NCBI GenBank assembly: GCA_951406725.2
Contig: OX597824.1
Location: 54,870,001 to 54,934,000, forward strand
Source: Octopus vulgaris
Lineage: Eukaryota
Reading direction: 5' to 3'
Length of the DNA: 64,000 bases
This document shows, one piece after another, positions 51,989 to 64,000 of this stretch. Positions within the stretch are counted from its first letter, which is position 1; every line of letters starts with the position of its first letter. Both the position numbers and the translations under genes were made by a program. The notes below the pieces were generated by a model, which was given only the letters and a program-made list of their open reading frames with translations, ran no database searches and had not been told where the DNA came from.

Positions 51989-54900
51989 AAATATTATTGG
52001 TGAATTGAAGAAATGGAGCTGAACGAAGATTGAACAGAAATCGTTTTATTTCATTCTACACGTGTTTCGAAAGGCACAATTTACCAAAATCCGATTGAAT
52101 AATGAGACCATATTATGTCTTTCTCTTCAGGAAGAAATAGGAAATCCGTTGGAAAAAACAAAAACAGAACAGAGGCGGAGCAAAACAAATCGAACTAGGC
52201 TCCTAAGAGCCCATGGCAAAACTGTTTATCAGTGTATGTTGAGAACCGGTGGTTGAAGATTTTAACGGGTCAGGCAGCGGTCATTCCTGTGGGTGAGGGT
52301 GTGTAGATGTTCTTTGTGACCGAGAATAAAGTTCTGACTATTTAAGGAATATTGGATGTTTTATAAGGGGCGAGAAAAAATCTACTTAGAGACATGTGTG
52401 TGTTTACTGTTCTATATATGTGTGCTGGCGCAGGTTGGCAAGACCTCCGTCAAGGGGTAGAAAACATTTTTTGTGTACGTGTGTGCGTTTGATCGCTCGG
52501 CTGTCAGTGGTTAAGCCGCTCTACACAATGGCTACTGCAGTAAGAACCGTTGGGTGACAGAAAAAAATATATTATGTTTTATGTGTGCGTGTGTTCGTCT
52601 GAACCTGCCTTGTCAAGGAAACCCCCCGTCGTCAAAAAACATAGCCTCGTTTATCTTACAGGAGTAATTCCCCTTGCAGTGGTTAATCGTAATTATCTTA
52701 AAGGCTATTTCAGAATTTGTTACCAAGGGCTATGGGTGCAGGTATTATTTATAAACGCTATTTAAAAGCCAGATAAGTGTAACGCCGCCAGTGGGGGCAT
52801 CGAAAAGCCGACTGTAAAAGTCCGTTTACCATCCAGCCTCTGGCGAACAAAATATGGAAGAGTTCGGAGACACAAAGGTTGCACTTCCTTCTGCCCCTAT
52901 CAAATGGGAGGGCCACCGACAAAATTGACCATTCCAGCCTGTAGCTTGAGTTCGTATCCTTCAATCGCCATATTAGCTTGCTGAGTCCCGTGGTCTGGCG
53001 CTTGTTCATGTCCCGAAAAGTTGCGTAATGATTGGAGATTCGCAAAGCCAATCTTGACGATGAGGCCCCTACATAAGTGTAGACATCTGAGTCCGTGTAA
53101 ACCTTGCATTGGTAGACGGCGTTTCTGATCTTGGAGTTCGTCGACGTGAATCTTATTCTGCTAGGATTAGTTTCTGAAATTAGAACTGCGTTCCTGTCAC
53201 TATATTTGTTACGAGAACTGCAGCCGCTTACTACTTTATTTTCCACTACGTCACTATTAACTAACGGAATAACCCCTGATTCTCCACTATCTATCAGAAT
53301 GCTGTCATTGCTAGTGCCCGTGGTGCTGCTATTGCGGGAAATGATGCTGGGGTTGCTATTGGGGCTCTCTACCCTACTCCCATTGTTACCGTCAACCACA
53401 GCACCCCTATTTATAACTATACCCCTAGTGTGTACTCCCTGGCTGGAGCTGAGATTATGTGTCACTGTACTGGCTCTCATATCATTATTACTACTATAAT
53501 TATTCCTACTGAGCATTAAACCGGGAGCGGAAGAGGCTGTGCCTCTGGAAAAAGGTGATAGGGTCTTAGTAAGTAGCCTATTATTATGGGAGGCGATTAT
53601 CTGGGCGAGGTTTTTAGTGTTGGAGAAAGCTATCCTAACTTTATGCGAGTTAACCGTGGAGTAATATTTGGAATTTCTGGGGAAGTTATTGGCGATGGCT
53701 TGTCTAAACATGAGGGGGAGGTTAGTTCTAATCTGCTTACCAAAGGGAATTACAAACCATATATGCTTATTCCTATCTGTGTGATGGGTCGGGACGCCAG
53801 CTCTCGCGTTCGGGTGGGTGATTCTCGGATGAATAACGGGTTTTGGGTTAGTGTGAGATCTCCCGGACCGATAATTATCCTTGTTCGCTAAATTAAATGC
53901 GGGAGCGACTGCCTCAGCACCCGCCGCGCTCCCGTCCCTACTTAAATTGTTTATGTTATTATAGACGGCCCTATCCTGATGACCGAATGATGGCATCGGA
54001 AGGGCCGGATCAATATAAATTACCTTCTGCCTATAACCGGCCTTGGATAGTGCGGCGTTATAAAATTCCGCTTTCTGCATAAAAATATCGGCACTGGCGG
54101 ACAAGCCAGACAATCTTAGAGAGATGTTTTTAACCAAATTGTCTGTTACGGTTTTGGCATGATTTGAGAAGACACTGACATACTTCAAATTAGTGGAAGG
54201 CTTATGGTAAGGGCAGTATGAGTCGCTATTAAGGTTAAGTGTAACGTCTAGGAAATTAGCCTTGGTGAGTTCATTATCAAAAACTATACTCATGCCCATT
54301 CTATTAAAAAACCTAGCTAACCTGCTCTTAGTTTTCTGCACTATTCTGTTCGTGGTGTTTTGCAGGTAAAACAGACAATCGTCACGATACAGGCCGCCCG
54401 CGATCTCCGGGAATTGGTCGGACAATTCGTAGAGAATATATATTCCGACCAAATCGGCTATCTGCGCACTATCCGAACTACCCATAGGCACATCAAATTC
54501 ATTGGGAGTATCTTTACGGATCCACAACTCACTATCAAACTTAAACGATTTCCTGGCAACTAAAATGATATCTATCTCTTCTCTGGTGAGGCCAGCCTTG
54601 TTGTGAGCATGCCAAAGGGCCTTATTTAGCACACTAGGGTTAATCGAGGGGTAGAAGCTGGCGATATCAAACTGAATGAACCTAGTACGGTTCTTATTGG
54701 GGATGGAAGAGAATCACTTCACTACCTGCGAGGAGTTGGCCCAGAGGCTGAGCTTCAGCTTGTTTACTAAACTAGGGATATATTTATCTAAAATGTACTT
54801 ACTGATTATCCCGATATCAGAGCTAGCAGGGCATATGAGTCTTAGCGCTGGGTTGGTGTGGAAGTTCGGTTTATGGTCCTTCACTATAAATCTGGGTTGC

Positions 54901-55620
54901 TTAGGGCTAAGCGGCTGAGTTCTCATTTGAATTCGGTGTTTAAATATTATTTCCTTAATTTCCAAGTTTACCTTCCTCAGGGTACTCCAATTGGTTTTTC
55001 TATAATTTTTCTTGATCTCTTTACCGAGTAAATCTAGGTACTGCTTAATGGGTAGCTTGTATGTGTTCCTGGTCTTGTCGGACTGGACCAGGACTCCGTC
55101 CGTTCTATTAATGTCCTTGGTAATTTTATCTAGGTAACTGAGGTGGGCATTTCTCCTGGGTGACTTCCTGAACTTAATCTTTCTAACTATGTCCCACAAG
55201 TCGTCCTCAAACTTCTTCAGTCTTGGGTTAGGTGGCGGCGTATCCAATGTTTTAAAAGCCGGCCGTATTCGGACGATGCTGTTGTCCGGTTCGATTTTAG
55301 ATCTTCGTTCTCGTGGAAGAAAACGAGCCATCTTATCCGGTTTATGAATGCGTTGGTTTTACAAACCAACTCCTTAAGGAAGGCGTCCTTCGGTGGTATG
55401 TAGAATGAAATGAAATAAAACGATTTCTGTTCAATCTTCGTTCAGCTCCATTTCTTCAATTCACCAATAATATTTTAATTTCAATTATCCGCACCAACGC
55501 ACGGTTGCAACACCATATGGTTGTACCTCCAACCGTGCTGTCTTCTGCTGTGATTTTTGCTACCAAGGTATCGGTTAAACTTTTGATTAATCTGCTACAA
55601 GATTATTCATCTTCCTATTT
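51985..55620 (-). mobile_element. Penelope-like element (Naiad-like RT + C-terminal GIY-YIG) with 3' HHR and inverted 5' end; one nonsense codon and one frameshift
   Basis: FINRIRW, QSDKT, VKDHKPNF, RLICPA, FDIASFYPSI, FDVPMGS, LYRDD, VYQC..YVGAS, TGLSKLIWRLK, CNLC and CPH. TGA at 54714-54716 and a frameshift near 55260. Confidence 0.9.
52046..52140 (-). ncRNA. Type I hammerhead ribozyme in the PLE 3' region
   Basis: AUUUCUUC-CUGAAGA-GAAAG..CUUUC-GAAA-CACGUG-UA-GAAUGAAAU, with palindromic ACACGUGU stem III. Confidence 0.85.
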
Positions 55621-55626
55621 CACATA

Positions 55627-55661
<35 letters not shown>

Positions 55662-56028
55662 TATACACATATCCACACGAACGCACACAAATACACATAT
55701 ATACACGTATATACACTAATACACATACGCATACATAAATGTATACATATGTATATACATATGCATACACATACACACACACACGCGCATCTATATTTAC
55801 ATAAATACATGCATACAAACATATACATGTATACATACATGCATACTCAAATAATAAATATAAATATAAATATATATACATGCGATTACCTATCATACAG
55901 ACGGATGCATACATATAAACATATAAACATACACCTATATACCTATTTACACATATGTATATATACATACATACATACACATACACATAAAACTACATAC
56001 CTACATATACATAAACACACAGGCGTAC

Positions 56029-56074
<46 letters not shown>

Positions 56075-56196
56075 CCACATACACACACACACACATACAC
56101 ACACATATATACATACATATACATGTATGTAAATACACGCACACATACATATATACACATATATATATACACACACACATATATACACACATGTAC

Positions 56197-56229
<33 letters not shown>

Positions 56230-56416
56230 TATATACACACATGTACATATATATATATATATACATATACGCATACATATACATACACACACATCTACAT
56301 ACACATACATATACATCCATACGCACACACTTATACATACATCCACACAGAGGTATACAGGCATGTACACACATACACATACACACACATATACATGTAT
56401 ATATATATATATATAT

Positions 56417-56457
<41 letters not shown>

Positions 56458-56786
56458 CATATATATACATATATATACATACGAACACACACAAATACTC
56501 ATATATATATACACATATATTCACCAATACACATACGCATACATAAAAGTACACACACACACGCGTATCTATATATACATAAATACATACATGCATACAA
56601 ACATATACATATATACATACATGCATACTCAAATAATAAATAATAATAAATAATAAATAATAAATAATAAATATATACACGTGCAATTACCTATCATACA
56701 TACGGATGGATACATACATATAAACATACACATATATACCTATTTACACATATGTATATATGCATACATACATACACATACACATT

Positions 56787-58645
56787 GTAGCAATATCGTC
56801 TCTCATTACTATCTTCACTGTTGGAGGAAAGCAAAAAGAATGATCTCGTTTGAGATAACAAACATCTTCGGCTAGTTCAACATTGTTGTAAACACTAATT
56901 CGATTGGCTGGCACGTTGGTCTCTACTACGTTCGCACCGCTGGTTATCACTTGACGCGATTTCCTCCGCTTATTTTCGCGCCATAGTTCCAAGCAGCCAA
57001 TCACAGCTTCCCATTTCTGAAGTTCATTTGGAGCCGTATAAACCTTATATAAAGAAGGTTTTTCAGACAAATATTCGTCTTAGGCTTTTAGTTCTTTTCA
57101 GAGCTAAGTCTCTGACCACAGAGCTCGTCTGTCGGCTTAAGACCTTCTAAGGTCTTGGTCGGAGACCATATAACCAGACATAACGGCATCACCAACTCCG
57201 TCGCTACCTACGAAGATTTAGCTCGTACATAAGATGGCTACAAAACCAACTCATATTGTTTGCGTGAAATCTCACCACGGAAAAAACGGCTACAGTTAAC
57301 ATATCTGGAGTATATTCATATCAAGAGAAAGATAAACGCAACAAGCGATTCAACAGATGTCAGCTCCGAGACACATCTTGATATTGAACTTGAAACGAAC
57401 TTAGTGAGTGATGTGAATATCTGATCTTGTACTTTCGGGGTACAAGAAAGCAATCACTCACTAGCCGTTGCTTTACTGTCCAGAATTCTACTAGTCAGAA
57501 ACAACAAGACGCAGACGTGAAATATATATAACTACTTTATTCTCTTTCTTGGTAACAATAACAATAAGTGTGTTATCTGATGTCCTTGATTCTGGGCGCG
57601 CAAGGCTGAAAGTTAATAGATTGTAATATTTACAATGTCCAGCCGCTAAACCAGAAAGGGGTCAAGATGGCGTCGAACAGGGAAGTTGAATGTGGTCGGC
57701 AACAATTTGGTTAAAGGCATTCGGCCGACTGCTGCTATCAACCGGAGAGAATATATGCGTGACCGCCGCCTTCAATCGCTGGGTCCCAAGTCGCCGCTTG
57801 CTGCTGCTAGTGGTCAAACGTTCTACGATCCCCCTGCCTTGGCCAGGGTCGTGCTTCCGGTGGTTCGCGCATGCGCGAGAGGGCCCTTCCTTTCTGTGCC
57901 TTGGTGAAGGCACCAACACGCGCGAAATACAAATGGACGGTGCGCGAACGCGCGCCGTTGTAGGATCACTACAAACTATTACACCTCGTGTACCTCATAA
58001 ACAGTAAATCAATTACCTGTCTTTAGTTCTTGTAAGAACTAGCTTCAGAGACAGCGCTAAACAACAAAATGATACAAGGGTTCCTTAACCACTATGCCAA
58101 TGTACGCTCAACAACCAAAGACTGCTATCTTCCACCATCAGGTACTTTTCTATGTCAACCACATTCATTGTTCTGTCGCACACTAACACACAGACACAAA
58201 CACGTGTTGCATGCTCCCATACACTTCCAACCTTAACTTCATTGTAAATAAAATCTTATCTTGCCTCTCAAACAGTGACTTGTTGTCAATCCCTTATGTT
58301 CTATTGTGCCGCATGTATAAATGGTTTGTCTAACTCAACAAGAATGGGATCGCGTGCGATTGTATTATCTATATGATGCGACCACATGTGATCCCGTTTT
58401 ACTGGTGACCCCTCAAATACGCAGCCATTCTGATATACTATGCGGCCAATGATAACATAAGTTACGGATTGATTGACACAAGAACGCTGAGGAAGGAACT
58501 TTTTAAAGAAAAACAAAAAAAAAGAAAAAAAAAATATCATTTTTATCGTCGTTTTGTCTATGACAAAACGTCTGGCAAGAGGCTATAGGTAGCAATATCG
58601 TCTCTCATTACTATCTTCACTGTTGGAGGAAATCAAAAAGAATGT
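56787..58645 (+). mobile_element. Unclassified element bounded by 56-bp direct repeats, possibly a PLE remnant
   Basis: gtagcaatatcgtctctcattactatcttcactgttggaggaaa is at 56787 and 58589. There is a weak endonuclease-tail-like frame (LTYLEYIHIKRKIN) near 57290-57340. Confidence 0.4.
57391..57973 (-). mobile_element. Solo LTR, same family as 36953-37479
   Basis: Shared ccgttgctttact..agtcagaaacaacaagacgca and taggatcactaca end; 4-bp TSD AACT. Confidence 0.85.
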
Positions 58646-58783
58646 GTGTGCGTGTATGTGTATATATATATATGTGTATGTATATATATGTGTATATATA
58701 TGTATATGTATATATATGTGTATGTGGTTTTGTGTGTACATAGTTATGTGTAAATTTTATGTGAAAGTCGGTACACTTATGTA

Positions 58784-60153
58784 TCTCTTATTATAAAAGG
58801 CAGATTTTATCTGCCTCCCTTTGGGAGTTATACAAATCTACAATATAGGATTTCTTCAATTACAATTTACCTAGCAATTTTAAGAGTACAATGCATCGCG
58901 TCATGCCAGGTCCAGTTTTTAAAATTTAAACTCCAATTAAGCAAAATTTACAGAAAACTCACATTCTGGTGTGTGTGTCAAATGCTTTTCTTAGTCTGGT
59001 TTACACCACACGCAAAAGCACACACACACAAAGGGAGCGAATTGTTTCACTGACGCTATCACCCTTCTCCTCCTTTGTCTTTGCAAGTTGGCAGCTATTA
59101 AAGTGAAAACAGTGAATCCGACAGCGATAAAGAAAACGAATTGGTACCTGAATGGAGTGAAAATTTAAAAACCGTTTCTTTCGGTGAGTTTTCTGAAGAA
59201 ACTGGACCAAGCCACAGACTTTCCCAGAAGAGTAAAGCCTTAGACTATTTCTATTTACTTTTTCGAATGAGCCTATTTGAAATCATTACGCTAAACGTAA
59301 ACAAACCGAAAGAAAGGATAGTTTGTTATTTCCCACAATCTTAAATGAAATTAAGGCCTATTTTGCCATAAATATTATTATGGGTATCAGAAAGTTACCC
59401 AGAATAACAAATTCTATCGTAAAATTTTGTTGTATACCCAATTGAATATTAGCTAATAACCCATTTTCTATAGCGATGTTTGAACAAAATTTTAATAATT
59501 TTACAGAAAGTTACCCAGAATAACAAATTCTATCGTAAAATTTTGTTGTATACCCAATTGAATATTAGCTAATAATCCATTTTCTATAGCGATGTTTGAA
59601 CAAAATTTTAATAATTTTACAGAAAGTTACCCAGAATAACAAATTCTATCGTAAAATTTTGTTGTATACCCTATTGAATATTAGCTAATAACCCATTTTC
59701 TATAGCGATGTTTGAACAAAATTTTAATAATTTTACAGAAAGTTACTCAGAATAACAAATTCTATCGTAAAATTTTGTTGTATACCCAATTGAATATTAG
59801 CTAATAACCCATTTTCTATACCGATGTTTGAACAAAATTTTAATAATTTTACAGAAAGTTACCCAGAATAACAAACGAGCCCTTCTGGGTATTAGCGCGC
59901 GTCTACGATGAGTCTACGATTTAAAAAAAATTACCATCATATTTTTCCATTTTAATGCATTTTTTTCGCTTTTATATAAGGGAAGTAACTCTCTAAAAAT
60001 ATCTACGATGTGTCAACGATTTAAAGAAAAATTTACCTTAATTTTTTTTCAATTTTTAATGCATTTTTTTGCTACTTTTTGGCTATAACTCTCTAAAAAT
60101 GCTTATTTAGTTATTTCCCTTACAACCCGAGCAACGCCGGGCGATACTGCTAG
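58784..60153 (+). mobile_element. Non-autonomous Helitron with captured piggyBac-like fragment and 116-bp tandem repeat
   Basis: 5' TCTCTTATTATAAAAGGCAG and 3' hairpin + CTAG. It is followed directly by a second head at 60154. The 116-bp unit occurs about four times at 59388-59875. Confidence 0.85.
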
Positions 60154-60660
60154 TCTCTTATTATAAAAGGCAGATTTTATCTGCCTCCCTTTGGGAGTTA
60201 TACAAATCTACAATATAGGATTTCTTCAATTACAATTTACCTTGCATTTTTAAGAGTACAATGCATCGCGTCATGCCAGGTCCAGTTTTTAAAATTTAAA
60301 CTCCAATTAAGCAAAATTTACAGAAAACTCACATTCTGGTGTGTGTGTCAAATGCTTTTCTTAGTCTGGTTTACAGCACACGCAAACGCACACACACAGT
60401 GGGCAACGAATAAAATGAAAGTAATTGACTTACTGTAGTGAGTGATTCTTTCACTCTGCCTCCCACTTCCTCTTTCAACACATAGACACGCAAATATATA
60501 AATAAAATTGTAAGCTAACGTGCGTGTGTGTGAGTGCGTGTGGGTGTGCGCGTGTGTGTGTGTGTGTGAGGGTGCGTGTGTGTGTGTGTGTGTGTGTGTG
60601 CGTGTGCGTGAGTGTGTGATAGGAAAGTTTTTTACGACGAATATAACACCTATATCCAAG
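60154..60660 (+). mobile_element. Second, head-to-tail Helitron copy (3' end not seen)
   Basis: Near-identical to 58784-59030. Confidence 0.8.
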
Positions 60661-60667
60661 TAGCAGA

Positions 60668-61045
60668 AAGATAAGACAGTAAGGTGTGATTTGAGGGAGA
60701 TTTGGCTGCTATTTCTACCATGTCTGGCTGCCATGTAGGGGTCTCCCTCATAGGCTCATACATACATATATACATAGATAAGACAGTAAGGTGTGATTTG
60801 GGGGAAATTTGGCTGCTATTTCTACCAGGTCTAGCTGCCATGTAGGGGTCTCCCTCATAGGCTCATACATACATATATACATAGATAAGACAGTAAGGTG
60901 TGATTTGGGGGAAATTTGGCTGCTATTTCTACCAGGTCTAGCTACCATGTAGAGGTCCCCCTCATTGGCTCATATATATATACATACATAAGACAGTAAG
61001 GTGTGATTTGAGGGAGATTTGGCTGCTGTTTCTACCAGGTCTGTT
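60668..61045. repeat. ~110-bp tandem repeat (about 3.5 copies), probably a SINE 3' end
   Basis: ataagacagtaaggtgtgatttg(a/g)ggga(g/a)atttggctgctatttcta is repeated. Confidence 0.75.
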
Positions 61046-61114
61046 AGGCCTTCTCATGTAAACTCAAGCTTTCTCATGCCTTGAACATAAGACCAAAGCT
61101 GAGAATGTATTCTT

Positions 61115-61330
61115 TTATTCTTCTGCTTTTTCCAGCCATTGGTCTGTGGCCATGCTGGGGCAATGCCTTGAAGAATTGTAGTTTAATGAATCAACTCCAG
61201 TTTTATTTTTGTAAGCATTGTACTTATTCTATCTGTTTCCTTTGTCAAACCACTAGGTGACAGGGATGTAAACAAACCAACATTCGTTGTCAAGCAGTGG
61301 TGGAGGACAAGCACAGACACGCACACACAC
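61115..61330 (-). mobile_element. Old, 5'-truncated SINE of the 4465 superfamily
   Basis: Reverse complement matches gcttgacaac..gatagaataagtac..ccagcatggccacag. Confidence 0.7.
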
Positions 61331-61356
61331 ACACATACATGCATACACATATACAC

Positions 61357-61387
<31 letters not shown>

Positions 61388-61404
61388 TGTGTGTGTATAT
61401 ATAT

Positions 61405-61721
61405 ATTGCAGCCTGGAAGGTGTTTCTAAGCCATTTAAGAAACACACAAAAACCGTTACATTCACTTCAACATTTAAATTTAATTTGCCAAAATATTTTC
61501 GTCGCTTTGAGACCGCGACCTGTTCACTGACAAAAATATCGTGCTAACAGGTCGCGGTCTCAAAGCGATGAAAATATTTTGACAAATAAATTTAAATGTT
61601 GAAGTGAATCTAACGGTTTTTGTGTTTCTTAAATGGCTTATAAACACCTTCAACGCTGCAACTGTTTTCGTTCCAGCACATGATCTCAGATCAAGTCACT
61701 TGCTATGCAAGTACATCTCTG

Positions 61722-61725
<4 letters not shown>
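61405..61725. repeat. Fold-back (~120-bp arms) of a PLE pseudo-LTR with G3:C8-covariant HHR-like motif (61484-61534 minus)
   Basis: Arms 61405-61524 and 61546-61662. Minus strand reads UUUGUCA-GUGAACA-G-GUCGC(ggucucaaa)GCGAC-GAAA-AUAU-UU-UGGCAAA. Confidence 0.65.
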
Positions 61726-61764
<39 letters not shown>

Positions 61765-61827
61765 TGGTAAAAACAGTAAGATAACAAAAGAAAGAAAGAG
61801 ACCTCAATATTATGTAAATAGAGGAAA

Positions 61828-62222
61828 TCTTTATATATAAAAGTGAGGTTGTGTGTCTGTCTCCTACGATTTAGATTCCTAACTACTCCCACATTTTGCG
61901 GTGCAGTTTAACCAAAACCGGGTATCTTATAGTCGTGATTCATATCAAGACCGTCTGGGTATTAGCGCGCGTCTACGATGAGTATACGATTTTTAAAAAA
62001 ATTTACCATCAATTTTTCCCATTTTTAATCCATTTTTGACATATATAAGGGAAGTAACTCTCTAAAATTTATTATTAAATCTCAGAACGTAAAAAGCTAC
62101 AGTAACACCCCTCCCCCTTTGTGGTTAGCCATATTGAGATGGCTATTATACTTTACATCTCTAAAAATGCTTATATAATTATTTCCCTTACAAACCCGAG
62201 CAACGCCGGGCGATACTGCTAG
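61828..62222 (+). mobile_element. Non-autonomous Helitron
   Basis: 5' TC..TATATAAAA; 3' cccgagcaacgccgggcgatactgCTAG; A|T site. Confidence 0.85.
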
Positions 62223-63625
<1,403 letters not shown>

Positions 63626-63626
<1 letters not shown>

Positions 63627-64000
63627 CTCTTATTATAAAAGGCAGATTTTAGCTGCCTCCCTTTGGGAGTTATAGAAATCTACAATATAGGATTTCTTCA
63701 ATTACAATTTACCTAGCAGTTTTAGGAGTACAATGCATCGCGTCATGCCAGGTCCAGTTTTTAAAATTTAAACTCCAATTAAGCAAAATTTACAGAAAAC
63801 TCACATTCTGGTGTGTGTGTCAAATGCTTTTCTTAGTCTGGTTTACACTACACGCAAACGCACACACACAGTGGGCAACGAATAAAATGAAAGTAAATGT
63901 AATATTTGTTTCTGTCTATCACGCTGATAGATACATGAGTAAAATGTATGGGAAGCTAACAGATAACAGTGAGTGAAAATGTTCTTGGAAGAGAGTAAAT
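63626..64000 (+). mobile_element. Helitron 5' end (58784 family), runs off the window
   Basis: tctcttattataaaaggcagatttt..., near-identical to 60154-60425. Confidence 0.82.

Noticed and set aside
54714-54716. In-frame TGA in the Naiad-like RT as possible selenocysteine (some Naiads encode selenoproteins)
   Set aside because: The context VVK*FSSI matches a position that is normally Trp (TGG>TGA), not Cys. The copy also has a frameshift near 55260, and I identified no SECIS.
58301-58540. 79-aa minus-strand ORF as a host exon
   Set aside because: There is no recognisable domain, no supporting neighbouring exons, and it lies within a repeat-bounded segment.
58485-58580. CTGAGGA ... gacaaaacgtc as an HHR near the 56-bp direct repeat
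   Set aside because: GAAA and the stems could not be assembled consistently.

Overview
This is a eukaryotic, gene-free, AT-rich window made almost entirely of nested transposable elements and (TA)n/(CA)n microsatellites. The tRNA-derived SINE family (GCAGGAGTGGCTGTGTGGTAAG...) suggests an Octopus/cephalopod genome; this is recognition from memory, not a database match. I found no credible host exon. Contents: a mariner DNA transposon, CR1-group, L1/Tx1 and RTE-type LINE pieces, a decayed full-length Gypsy, a non-autonomous LTR element, two solo LTRs, a Helitron helicase relic with several non-autonomous Helitrons, and many Penelope-like elements (PLEs). The main signal invisible to the ORF track is about 20 type I hammerhead ribozyme (HHR) motifs from about 12 unrelated sequence families, found by manual folding. 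They include a 5.4-copy, ~488-bp, non-coding, highly structured HHR tandem array with an inverted terminal copy (retrozyme-like, 121-3137) and a second HHR tandem dimer (4900-5582). A near-intact Neptune-type PLE carries an extra 428-aa upstream ORF joined to RT-GIY-YIG through an in-frame U_UUU_UUA -1 slippery site. All structure calls were made by eye and need computational or experimental confirmation.
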